From Chrysomallon squamiferum (taxonomy: Eukaryota; Animalia; Mollusca), in the NCBI GenBank assembly GCA_012295275.1, contig CM022665.1:20398001-20462000 (forward strand): DNA of 64,000 bases. The letters run 5' to 3'. Under the pieces are notes generated by a model. The model saw nothing but the letters and a program-made list of their open reading frames with translations, searched no databases and was not told the DNA's origin. Position numbers and translations under genes: made by a program. Shown here piece by piece: positions 1 to 12,398 of the stretch (positions are counted from its first letter, which is position 1; every line of letters starts with the position of its first letter).

Positions 1-549
1 CAACGAATACTTTGCAATGTTTATCTGAAATAAATTGGATATGATTTGTCAAAACGTAATCTTCTTAGGTGGTATAATGGTATATTGAAAAGTAAAATCG
101 AGTATCGGTTGGTACCGGCCTGTATTACTCAATCAGCTAATCGATAAAGTTATGAGTTCATGAAAGTATATTGCAAGCAGATAAGTGTTTACCCTAGCAT
201 GCAGATTAAATATTCTACGTACACTTATTGAAAAGTGTCACACTTAACTTTGCAGTGCATTACGGGAAGAAATAAAACGTTGATGCGCAATGTACGAATC
301 TGAGACTTGTGTGAATTGATTTGTTTGACGTTGTACAATGATATTTATTAACTATTTTTTTAAAGAAAACATAATAAATATATCAGTGTAGAGTAGATAC
401 ATCTACTGAAAGTAAACGTACAAGATTTTAACATTGCTGCACGTTATTATAAGCTATTTACTTTCTTGACAAAATGTCAGTGGTAAATGAGTTACGTCTG
501 ACGTTAGTGTTACGAAACCTGATCCTTTGAGTTGTTGTCCTCTAATTAT

Positions 550-927
550 GTCTCGTATACTGAAACAGTTATATATCACGACTGGTATATTAAATTGGTT
601 TATCTCACAACTGATATAATTATTAAAATAGTTAACCTTACGACTCGTATTTCAAAACTGTTTATCTCACTACTCCTATGTTAAAATATTTTAGGTTACT
701 ACTCATATATTAAAATGGTTTATCTCATGAGCCATATGTTAAAATGGTTGCTCTCACAATTCGTATTTTAAAATTGTTTATATTAGGATTCGTGTATTTA
801 AATGGTCTGTCTCACGACTCGAATATTAAAATATCTGTATCTCATTAATCTTATATTAAGATTGTTTATCTCACGACTCGTATATTAAAATGGTTCAGCT
901 GATGAATCGTATATTTTAAACTGGTTT
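550..927. repeat. Degenerate ~30-bp minisatellite (~12 copies), consensus ~TATCTCACGACTCGTATATTAAAATGGTTT
   Basis: Variants of tatctcacgactcgtatattaaaatggtt recur at ~30-bp spacing, read directly from the sequence. Confidence 0.8.
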
Positions 928-1944
928 GAATCATCATGATTTGAAAGCAAGGTGTATACGGATTCCTACTTTTTTTGTAAATGTGATTTATCTAAGAAAC
1001 GATATTAAAAGAAACGAGAAGTGGATTATACTGATTTGTGTTTTTAAGTTGTAATAAATTACTAATTTGTATTTACGCTGTTGTTGTTGTTAAGAAAATT
1101 AATAAAAGTTTTAGTTTTCTTGTTTTCTTCTTCTTGCATTTACGACAATTGGAGAATGTTCTTAACATTTAAATGGAAATGGAAAATCCAGACACAAGAT
1201 ATCAGGATGTTTGCATTACGTATAAAAACAGTTCTGTTGTTTTAAAAATTCAGTATCTTTGATTTTAAAAAACTGATCTGACATTTTGGTTATATTGTTT
1301 TAAACGTCATCATTTCATAAGATTAATACAGAGTATCTGAATGCAAACCTGTAACATCTTACATCTGAATATTTGTATAATGGAAACTAATAAAATAATA
1401 ATAATAATAAATAATAATAGAAAACAAAATAGCAGTACAATACATCAAAGTAAAGAAATAAGATAATGTAATGTAACGTAAGGTAACGTATCATAACATA
1501 GGAGAGCATAACATAACCTAGAATAACGTAATATAACAAGTCAAATCAACTCAAAAATAAAATGAATAATGAATGAATCAGTAATTAAGATTTCATGAAA
1601 GTCTAAAGTGTAAGCACGGACAAAAAACTGTAAACAATTTAGGCAAAGCGAAATGAAATTGTTATTATTTTTTTTTTTTTGTTTATCTGTAGAAAGTTTC
1701 GGGCAAATCAACGTTTCTTTTGCCACTACACTGACCTATATGAACAAATTAATCTCTGTAAGCCAGTGACTACGTTTCTTTGTACTGAATAAATATTATA
1801 GACTCAAAATTATCTACTTAGTCTGTGTTTTCCAAATAAATATTAAAAATAGACACATAACTAGAAAATAAACAGTTTCAAATATTTTAAAGAATGGACC
1901 TGCATCGTGATTGACTTTCTAAAACATTCAAAATGTTGGAATGG

Positions 1945-2575
1945 TGGACACACAAACACACAGACGCAACTGTAAACACAAAGACAGAACTCCGGAAACA
2001 GTGACACAACACAGACACAACTGAAAAAACAGACACAAACGCAGAACTTAGACACAACTACAGACACAGGGACACGACACCAAACACACCGAAATAAGTG
2101 AAAACACACAGACACAATTCAAAATGCAGAGGAAAAACAAACGTTCAATTCCGAATACACGGGACATCACTCCAGAAAAAGAAACACGCAGCTACAACAC
2201 CAGCCAGGTACAAAACACAGATACCAGATAGACACACAACAGAGATATAAAACCCAGGAATAAACACAACAAAGAGATACAGCCCGACCGAGAGACATAC
2301 AACATAGACTGACAAACAGCACAGAGGTACAAAGACAGACATACAGAAAAGAGATATAGCCCCAAAATAACAACCCCAGACAGACATACAATACAGCGAT
2401 ACAACTCCAGACACGAAACAGACAGGCATACATACATACATACATATATAGTCGATACAACACCAGACACACTGTATATATAGATATCACCCCGACAGAC
2501 ACCCAGTACTGAGATACAAAACAAGACACACACAGACAAAATATCAGACACACGGAGATACAACTGAGTAGCCCT
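1945..2575. repeat. CA-rich low-complexity degenerate tandem repeat (acacagacacaactccag-like)
   Basis: Recurring acacagacacaac/ccagacac motifs. These produce the spurious Val/Cys-rich minus-strand ORFs in the track. Confidence 0.7.
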
Positions 2576-2890
2576 GATATCTCCTCAAAACACAAAAATA
2601 ATAATAGAAGTAAGTTTTCAAATGTTGTTTTCATAGAAATATTTCGTTAAGATGTGTTTCAAATTATAATGAGATATATTATACTAAATTATATTGAAAT
2701 ATGTTTTTGTTTCAATGAAAATATTTAATATTCGTAAGCGTATGGGGGAAAAATAAACAAATAATCTCATCATGGGTATAAACAACAGCTTGGTCTGGCG
2801 AATGAGCTAGGAGAGTGAAAAGTATAAATGAACATTTTATCGTTACAGGGTGTGTTCATACTATTTTGACAGATTGACTTGGTATTTCTC

Positions 2891-3151
2891 ATGTGGAATT
2901 TGGCCACTTTTCTTTGTCATTAATGTGCCATATTGTTTTTCCACTATTACTTGGTCAACGTACAAGGTCAAGGACTTTATTTGACCACCATTCTAACAAG
3001 CTTTCAAACTGTGACTTGTTATTCTCTTGTGGACGTTCAGCAACGACACGACAACGTGTTCTACACCATGATTCTGTCAAACACTTACAAAGACGAGCTT
3101 CCACAAATAGGTCCAGTAATGGACGAGTCTGAATTTAAATTTAAAGTTTAA
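2891..3151 (+). pseudogene. Possible disabled small secreted-protein ORF
   Basis: ATG at 2891 is in frame with ORF 2933-3151: MWNLATFLCH*CAILFFHYYLVNVQGQ... with one TAA at 2921 inside a signal-peptide-like hydrophobic N-terminus. No homolog recognised. Confidence 0.25.
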
Positions 3152-3239
3152 TTTGAGAGTATATTTTAAAAAGTAATTTTGACCTCAGTTTTCATCACCT
3201 GAATACTAGATTCTTCATTCGTATGAACTAGTTTTCTGT

Positions 3240-3335
3240 TTTCTCTCATTCCAGCTGTTCTTGAACGTGATTGCAAAACTCTCATTCTAGCTGTTCTTGA
3301 ACGTGATTCTAGACATTTTCATTCTAGCTGTTATT
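3240..3335. repeat. Three ~36-bp tandem copies (ctcattc[c/t]agctgttcttgaacgtgatt)
   Basis: Direct repeats visible in the sequence. Confidence 0.7.
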
Positions 3336-4045
3336 AAATGCTTAGAAATGACGACTGAATACTTGAACAGTTGTAGAGAAAACAAAACGTCGTTTTAGCC
3401 TGAGGCGAATACATTTACATAACTTTTTTTTAAAGATATATATTTCTTTGCATACGTCCAATGTTTCTGTGTGCGTGTGTATGCATATTCTGATTGTGTT
3501 AATGCTTATATTTACATGTATGCATGAAAATATTTGTGAGTATCTTGTGTATGTCTACATAACTTTGTGTGTACGTACGTCCCTATAGTTATGATATTTA
3601 TTATTACATAATTCGTGTTGTCACTCTCCGACCACGTCATGCAGAACATTATTTATAGAGATCATCAAAGTTCCAAATATGAGACCCCTCATCAAGTTTG
3701 TAAAGCCTCATCATTTTAATCTTACCACAAATAGTTCCGGTAATGGACGGGACTGAATTTAAATTTGATGTTGGACTTTTAAAACGTAACGTTAACGTCA
3801 GTTGTTTTTTAACTCATGGCTTATAGTTAAATATTACTTATTTTGAAAACATTTTTTCTCCTTCTATGGAGTTTGTCAAAAATGATTCTTCATTCCAAAA
3901 TATATATATACACACACATATATACGTATATACAGATACATAAACAGACACAATTTATCGATCCGTCTGTCGATTTTTATCTCTCTGAACGTAGCTATTT
4001 AATTATGTGTCTGTCTGTCCATCCATTTGTCTCTATTTCTGTCTT

Positions 4046-4046
<1 letters not shown>

Positions 4047-4132
<86 letters not shown>
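4047..4132. repeat. (TA)n-(GA)n compound microsatellite
   Basis: Direct reading. Confidence 0.95.
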
Positions 4133-4135
<3 letters not shown>

Positions 4136-5079
4136 TAAACTCTCACCCACAAACAGCCATATATACATTTGTTTATCTTTACATCGTGATGTAATTGGTC
4201 CAAATATATTTTGTAAACTGAAAAGTTTCCAACCAAGCATTCTGTGTTTTATAAATATCTATATGTTTCTCTGTCTGTGCATCGGCCTATCTGTCTGTCT
4301 GTCCACCTACACACACACACACACAGACATGCACACAGTTTTCAAACATGTAACTGAAAACTTTCTAACCAGGCATTCTATGGTTTATAAAAATAAAATT
4401 AAAAAAAAAAAATACTTTGCTTCGCACTGAATAACTCAGAAAGTGTTATACTTCTAACGTGAGTCGTGCACTCGTCGACATAAAATATTATCAGAATCAG
4501 AAATTTAATTTTATTGGTGCAAAATGTTATCCAGATCAGATATTTAATTTTATTTATGCAAAATATTATCCAAATCTGTGGTGCGGCAAAAGTATTTTTT
4601 TTATTTTTATTTTTTTATTTGGGGTTGTTATGTTTTGTTTGTTGTGTGTTTGTTTTGTTTCTTTATTTTTCTCTCTTTCCAGTTATGCACAAATAATTTT
4701 ACTCGTACTAATACATTTTCATAATATTTATTATCAGTTAGCATGAATCATTTGATACTAGTTTACATTTAATTAATAAAATACAAAATATACAGTTATT
4801 TAATACCTATTTGAACCATTCGTGAAATGACGTCATTTTAAAGTCGGCATGTGGCAGATAAAAATTTAAGATATGATATCGATCGCAGCAAGATGATAAG
4901 ACTATATATTAGAAAAAGGAGATTATATTATATATAAAATTAAAGAAAAAAAATATATCTGAGTTCTTATAATTGCCTACCTCAAATAACTGTTATGTGT
5001 CTGTAGAAAATGCAGTTTTGAACGGCACACTAAGAAAATGCGAAATACCACGTGATCCCAAAATAAAACAGACAGTAGT

Positions 5080-5365
5080 ATGCAAGGTAAAAACGAAAAT
5101 ATTCTCACTTCAACAGACAAGTTAGTTGCCCTCAAAAAGAAAATAGTGATTTGGAAAAAAGAGTAATCACTGTCAATCTTGATATGCTCTCTTTAGTGCG
5201 TTCTACCTGCATTAGAGAAATGATCCCTATTGTGTTTACTCATCTGACAGCCCTGGACGAAAGCATCAACAATTACTTTCCGTCAATAAAGACAGAAAAG
5301 TATGATTGGCTTAGAGATCCTTTCATAAATCATTCTTCCAACATTGAACTTGAGTTACCACAATC
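5080..5365 (+). mobile_element. hAT (Charlie/Buster, ZBED5/ZBED8-like) transposase C-terminal remnant, frameshifted
   Basis: MQGKNENILTSTDKLVALKKKIVIWKK/RVITVNLDML...HLTALDESINNYFPSIKTEKYDWLRDPF matches the typical LQGKxxNI..DK..AFKKKL..W...YFP....WIRNPF stretch of Buster/Charlie transposases. There is a 1-nt frameshift in the A-run at 5155-5160. Confidence 0.8.
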
Positions 5366-5379
5366 AAAATATAAATAAA

Positions 5380-5811
5380 TAAAATCAAGTCATTGCATTT
5401 GGATTAATAATACAAATAATCACCACAGTTCAGATTTCCTTAGCTTGATTACTGTTTTCGTGTACTTAAAATAGATTATTTACTTATTAAAATAAACTTA
5501 AACTTGAATCGATGATGACCATAACAAACAAATAATAATAAAATAAACATAAATTAATAATAATAATAATAATAAATAAATAAATAAATAAATAAATAAA
5601 ATAATAATAATAATAATAACAATAAGTAAGTAAATAAAAATAATATTATTTAGTTTAATTGTGGAATTCAGTATGGTTGAACTGATATTATTATCAACAT
5701 GTTTCGGAATATTTTTGTTACTAAATCTCACATTTTAGAATGTGTTCAGTGAAATTAACAACACCTACCCAAGCCAGCTTCATGCAGTTTTATTGTGCTG
5801 TTGTCTGTCAC
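5380..5811 (+). repeat. Left arm of long inverted repeat (pairs with 7826-8290)
   Basis: taaaatcaagtcattgcatttgg...gctgttgtctgtcac is the near-exact reverse complement of 7826-8290. Differences are mainly in the internal AAT/TAAA microsatellite. Confidence 0.92.
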
Positions 5812-6786
5812 ATGTCTGTGTGTGTTTACAGTCTATTGTCTAGATGTCATGTAGGTACTTCCCCGTATTGGAAAAACCGTCCAGTCAGGTATTTTGTTTT
5901 ACTTCGCTAAAGAAAAAGATTAAAATTGTTGATTATTTTTAATTAGTGACATGATTTATAAAACTGTACTAATTTTATTAATTATTATTATCATTATAAT
6001 CGTGCAAGTTACATCTGAACAAATGTCGACATTTTAATCGTCTGAGCTTTTTAATTACCGGTACTTTCAGACATAGTTAACTCTTGTATTTGCGACGACT
6101 GTTTAACAGTTTACAAGTTTTATTGAATATCTGTGTGAAAAAATATCTAGGTAATAATTTTAAACTTCTTTTGGTATAAGTTATGTTACTAAACTGACAA
6201 AAGTGGATGACTAGTTTGCTATTTTTACTCCATTAAATCAAAACAGTTCTTTATTAAATGTAAAACAAAGTGCTTTCTTTGCTTTTCTGATGCCTGTAAT
6301 GTTTTTATTATTTTATTTATTTTTTTATGTAAAAGGTTATTTTGTTATTTCTGTAAAACTGTTATAAATTGTTATAAATTTAACTAAATAAAACTGAATT
6401 GTTACACCATCTGTAATGCATTTATATAAATTGTCACGACTTGCTCAAATGACTAGTCTGACATATTCACTGTAATATATATATATGGTTCTGATTTCTA
6501 GTAATTGTCACATATTTATTTATTTACTGTGCAATTAATTAGTTAATTAATTAATTAATTAAGTTATTGTGTATTTTATTTATTTATATTTTGATTGTGG
6601 TTTTATTTATTTACTGTGTATTATTTATTTTAAGTTTATTAATTAATTTATTTATTGCGTATTTTATTTATTTATTTATTTATTTATTTTTAGAAAATAA
6701 AACTGGAAATATACTGGCAAATTGTCATTTCTGAGTCAGCCAACAACATCACAATATTTTGAAGATATTTTCACAAATTAATCAGC

Positions 6787-7254
6787 ATGTCGGATGTCAC
6801 AGTGGACATGGACATACAAATGAAAAGACTGGGTACATTCAGTGAATGTCATCTTGCAAAACGTCATCCCATAAACCTAGCGAAAGCCGGTTTCCACTAC
6901 GATGTGACTTCCTGCACGTTGCGGTGTCATGTATGTAAGACTGGGATGTCCATTTCTGACTCTGACTATCTTCATTCCCAACTTAATGATTTGGAACTAC
7001 ACAAGCGATTATCTCCAAACTGCCCATTTGTTACAGGCAAATATCATCAAAATGTTCCCGTTCCAGAATATGACCAAGAGATAACGCGTCGGATCAAAAA
7101 GCGAATAGAAGATTTTGCTAGTCGTTCAAGCACGATGCACCCAGTGTCATTTAATTTCGACCAGGAAACTGCAGCGATTGTGACAAGTGTAGATGGAGTC
7201 AAGGAACACTGGTACCAGACTTTACAGGACACTGATAAATTCTACCCAAGTTAG
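6787..7254 (+). CDS. BIR-domain (inhibitor-of-apoptosis family) coding exon; atypical single BIR, probably the 5' fragment of an IAP gene
   Basis: KRLGTF...LAKAGFHY...CHVC-x21-H-x6-CPFV zinc-binding BIR pattern. A polypyrimidine tract plus AG lies at ~6693. A possible donor (A|gttagt) lies at 7249/7250, otherwise the ORF stops at 7254. No further IAP exons recognised downstream. Confidence 0.8.
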   Translation: MSDVTVDMDIQMKRLGTFSECHLAKRHPINLAKAGFHYDVTSCTLRCHVCKTGMSISDSDYLHSQLNDLELHKRLSPNCPFVTGKYHQNVPVPEYDQEITRRIKKRIEDFASRSSTMHPVSFNFDQETAAIVTSVDGVKEHWYQTLQDTDKFYPS

Positions 7255-7825
7255 TTTTAATTTCTAACATTTTTATTTCACCACAGAATATACAGTATAA
7301 AATGTAAAAACAAAAGAGAATGTAAAGAAATAAATTGGTTTTGTAAAGTGTATTTATCTTTGAGATCAGACATATTATTATGCATATATATTTTTTTTTT
7401 CATTTTTTTTTTTTTTCTATTAATCTCTTTTCAACAAAATGTATAGGCATTTTTGTTTACCATTTAGCTGATGTCTTTCTCCACCATCAGTCATTTACCT
7501 TCTTCACCTATGGATTATAAAGCAGAACATTATTAAGAGTATGGGTAACTCCATTAAAATGCATAATACACTCCAACCTAAATGCCAGCAACCCTAAAGG
7601 AAATTAAAAAAAAAACATTCCTTGTTTGCATGCTGAATGCTGCTTCATCTGTGTATTCCTGTCTTTATCTTTTCCTCTTGTCATCCTGTGAAAACAAACC
7701 GAAGAATAGTCAGTATTTCATTTAACAAACTTTAGAACAAACAGAAAATTAATTTCATCATTACTAATACTGTTATTATTATCATCATTATTAATCTTAT
7801 AACAGCCTAATATCATGACGGTCAC

Positions 7826-8035
7826 GTGACAGACAACAGCACAATAAAACTGCATGAAGCTGGCTTTGGGTAGGTGTTGTTAATTTCACTGAACACATTC
7901 TAAAATGTGAGATTTAGTAACAAAAATATTCCGAAATATGTTGATAATAATATTAGTTCAACCATACTGAATTCCACAATTAAACTAAATAATATTATTT
8001 TTATTTACTTACTTATTGTTATACTATTATTATTG

Positions 8036-8112
<77 letters not shown>

Positions 8113-8290
8113 TGATGTTTATTTTTATTATTATTTGTTTCTTTGTTATGGTCATCATCGATTCAAGTTTAAGTTTATTTTAATAAGTAAATAATCTATT
8201 TTAAGTACAAGAAAACAGTAATCAAGCTAAGGAAATCCAAACTGTGGTGATTATTTGTATTATTAATCCAAATGCAATGACTTGATTTTA
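7826..8290 (-). repeat. Right arm of long inverted repeat (pairs with 5380-5811)
   Basis: gtgacagacaacagcacaataaaactgcatgaagc...caaatgcaatgacttgatttta. The ORF track gives near-identical MRFSNKNIPK... peptides on opposite strands (5498-5731 and 7907-8194). Confidence 0.92.
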
Positions 8291-11200
8291 AATTTAGTAA
8301 AAAAAAAAAAAAATAAATAACAACAAAACAAAACAAAACAAAAAACAAAATAAATAATAATGATAATAATAAATACATAAATAAATATAAACCATAAGGC
8401 ACATTGTAATAATGTAACCAAAGCAGTTTCTTCCAAAAGACGTTCGATTTTATTTTTCTCATTTTTTATTACTGTAGGAATAATTTTAATTGCAATTTTC
8501 AGTTTGTAATATAGAACATGGCGATATAAATTACAGGCAGTCAGAGAAAGTTTGAACTGTTGTTATGGATTTATTTCTTTAAATTATGCACATCATGGTC
8601 AAGTTTTTCTGTATAATTTACTGCTGTACAAGATTGATTTATTGTACTTAATACTAAATAACAACCAAAATAAACAATGAAAAAGAAGTTTAGTAGGCAA
8701 AATACAAATGTTTGGGTTAGGGTTTTGACTTTGGATCAGAATAAACCAGCAAACATCTTCATCTATGTTAATCTTGTATTATGTTTGTATATTTTCAAAG
8801 ACTGAAAGAAGAAATACTCTCTATTAATGTATAATTCACAAATGAAATAATAACAAGACAGAAATATTTTGTATATATTTTTATTTATTTCCTCTACTAA
8901 TTAGACCAAAAAAAGTTTCTTTTTATCAAGTTCCGTGTATAGATGTCACAACACAAAATATTAACACAGCACATTACTCAAATTGTAAAATAAACTAGAC
9001 AAAAAGCACAACACTACAGCAATAATAATAAACAAATAAAAACATTTTATATACACAACCTTGAGCATTAAACATTCAATACTCACAAAATAAATATTTT
9101 TAAATTTCAAATTCATTTTAATTATGCATGAGCTATGATGTTCAAAGTTTAATTTAAATATATCAAAATCAAAATCTGAATGACGTAGACAGCCCATTTT
9201 ATTTTTGTAAGATTATTAATGTGTTTATATGTTTTAAAGCAGCTTCAGCCAACATTTAAAATGTTCACACAAAAATTCACATAATCATTAATTATACAAC
9301 TTGAAAGAGACTATTTAATTTTTTACCTATTTTTTTAAAGATTTCATTTAAATTTCAAACAAACATATATAGAAATAACAGCTTACATCACAGAAAAATA
9401 ATAATAATAATACCTATATAAAAAAAAAAATTGTTTTAATTTACAAAATTGAAAGACATTCTTGAAAATGTTGGTGATGTTTAAACAACCGTCTGACAAA
9501 AAAAAAAAAAAAAAAAAAAAAATCTCAGTCTTACATACCTCTCACTTAAAAAATAATTTCATAAAATTTAAAAAAAAAAATTAAAAAAGAAACCTACATT
9601 TAAGATCAGTTAATCATGTTTATAATGACAAGCCATGATGTTTTACAAAACAGTACAAACTATTACAGAGATCAGCTGTATATTACAAATAAAGAAGCAC
9701 AAAAATGGAAAAGACAGAAGGGAGATAACTGTGGAAGATATAATAAAAATGGTGGAAATATATAATGAATGGAATTAACATATTAAAGCTATTTTTTAAC
9801 CTTTTTTTTTTTTACCATTTATTTATTTACTTTATTTATTTATTTGTTTATATGTAACCTGTTTACTTAATATACAAATACATTTCAAATATTTTGTTTA
9901 CATATTCTGAAACTATCTTACCCCAATCAAAACGTGTATAATTTTATCACTTGATATTAATGTTACGTTTCCTCATTCCAATAAACATTCAGTTCTCAAT
10001 TTTCACTAAAAAAAATATTTTAAACAAAACAAATAATTTGTCAATTTTTTGTTTCTAAATTACAAGGTACAAAATAATATTACTGCCACTAAAGCTACAT
10101 AATTAAGTAGATAAATTGTCATTCGATAATTAAATGTCAATGATGTATTGGATGACGTAACATTATCAAAACAAGAAGCAATAAAAACAAATTTGGTAAC
10201 ATTAAAAAATTAAATAGCAAATCGGATGATCTCACCACAAAAGTTACTACTCTCTTTGTCTGTCTTATCAAAGATAATAAAAAGATAGAGCCCTAATATA
10301 TCAACCCTGAAGTTACTCCTTTACTAGATGAAACCAAATAATGAAATAAACCATATCTGTTCTGAAATTACTGGAATAAAATAAATTACTGATATAACTT
10401 AAATAATTAGTACTTATAAGTTTATTTTTAAAATTTAAGAAATATATAGCTTCCTAATTTGAATTCCTGTTCAATGTGACATCTCTTTACTAAAAATTTA
10501 AAAAAAAAAAAAAAAAAAAACAATTAAAATAAAGATTATCTGAAATAAAACAGTTAAAAAACCATTCATGTTTAAATAAAACAATATCAAAATGAACTTC
10601 TAAAACCATATTAACAAAGCACCAAATTATCCAATAAAGAATACATCATTGTTTAAACTCTTAATCAAACAAAATATTAATATATAAACATATTCATAAA
10701 CATTTTACAAATGTAATAAAAATGTTCATTTACAACAATTATTTTTTTTTATTATTTTTTTTTTTTTCGTTTCTGAGAAGTATCAAGTTATTTTTACAAC
10801 AAAATTTTACTAAACTGAGTAACTTTCTGTGACCTGTTTATCCAGGCAAACCTGTAGACCAGGTGAGGTATTTCTTAAACAATCTGTCTGTCACAAATCA
10901 GGTGTACTTATTAATTATATACTGTTACTTTCTTCATTAATAGTAAATATTACCATCAGATTAGGACATTAAATACAATACTGGTGTGAAGTTATCAGCT
11001 GAAAATTAATCTAAAAAAAACAAAAAAACAACAACAAAAAACGCATCTTAGAGAATGAAATAAACATGTTGATGGATGGAGAGAGAGAGAGAGAGAGAGA
11101 GAGCAGCTGAGTGAGAAAGACAGACAGAGAGAGAGAGACAAAGAAAAAAGAGGCAGAGAAACAGAGACGTATCAACTACTGTAATATAATATATATAAAT

Positions 11201-12045
11201 CAGATTATTAGTATTTTATGTGTGCCTAAAATAACACATACACCTGACTATTACCTAATTAAGCTTAGTAATGTTTTCTACATAAACTGATAATTTATTC
11301 CACTTGATCTGTTACAAGAACCAAGAAAAATGTGTGTTTCTCTGTGTATGTATGTATGTATGTATGTGTGTGTGTGTGTGTATATATATAAATATATATA
11401 ATTGGTACATAAATCTAAAAAAATCTCTTGCTTAAACTAATAAAATTAACAGTTATTTTTTACTTATTTAACTTCACATAATCACTGAGATCACTGTTAC
11501 ATGACAATGAAACATACATTTAAAAAAAAAGTAAAAAAAAAAACTTATGTAAATAGTTATTATTTCTCAGTTACTTAACTTCATGATATTGACATTTTGA
11601 GTGATAGAAATTTCAAACATGACCAGCGTTTTTCACAAACATTATAAAATGTTCTGAACTACATATTATTCTGATTAATATCAAATGAAATAAAAAGATA
11701 AAAAAAAAAACTAAACACAACATTTTTACCAAGCACCAATCAAGTATAAATATCCACACTCATGTGACATATGCATTTTTATCACGGTCTAGACAGAACT
11801 CTCATTTATTAAAGCCATTACAATGACAAATACAAAAAGCATCTAATTCTACTCATTTCAGTTATATTATACAGTAACATGATAAAAATAAGATATAAAT
11901 ACCATCTGCCTGTTACATAACAAATTATAAAATATTATAATTATAGTATCAAAACATGTTAATTCAATTTGAATTAATAATAATAATAATGATGACAATA
12001 ACCACAACACTATTATGAAAGTTAAATTTAATATAACAGTAGAAG

Positions 12046-12107
<62 letters not shown>

Positions 12108-12187
12108 AATAATAAATAATAAGAATAACAACAACAAAATTAATATGTAAAAAGTATTAATATAATAATATTTGTACTAATAACCAT

Positions 12188-12219
<32 letters not shown>

Positions 12220-12341
12220 AATAACCAAAACACTATATGGAAGTAACTTTTCAGGTAAACAAAGTCTGGTTTCATATATCATAAAATGATACCTCTCTTT
12301 GTTTTAAAACAAATTTAGTTTACATAAAATACAATAACTTT

Positions 12342-12398
<57 letters not shown>

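Noticed and set aside
1861-2634. Several Val/Cys/Leu-rich minus-strand ORFs
   Set aside because: Artefacts of CA-rich low-complexity repeat, with no domain or splice logic.
5850-5885. NF-kB sites upstream of the BIR exon (gtacttcccc, ggaaaaacc)
   Set aside because: Only partial matches to GGGRNWYYCC, not distinguishable from chance.
5498-8194. Twin MRFSNKNIPK ORFs as duplicated genes
   Set aside because: They start at GTG, run through AAT microsatellite, and merely reflect the inverted repeat arms.
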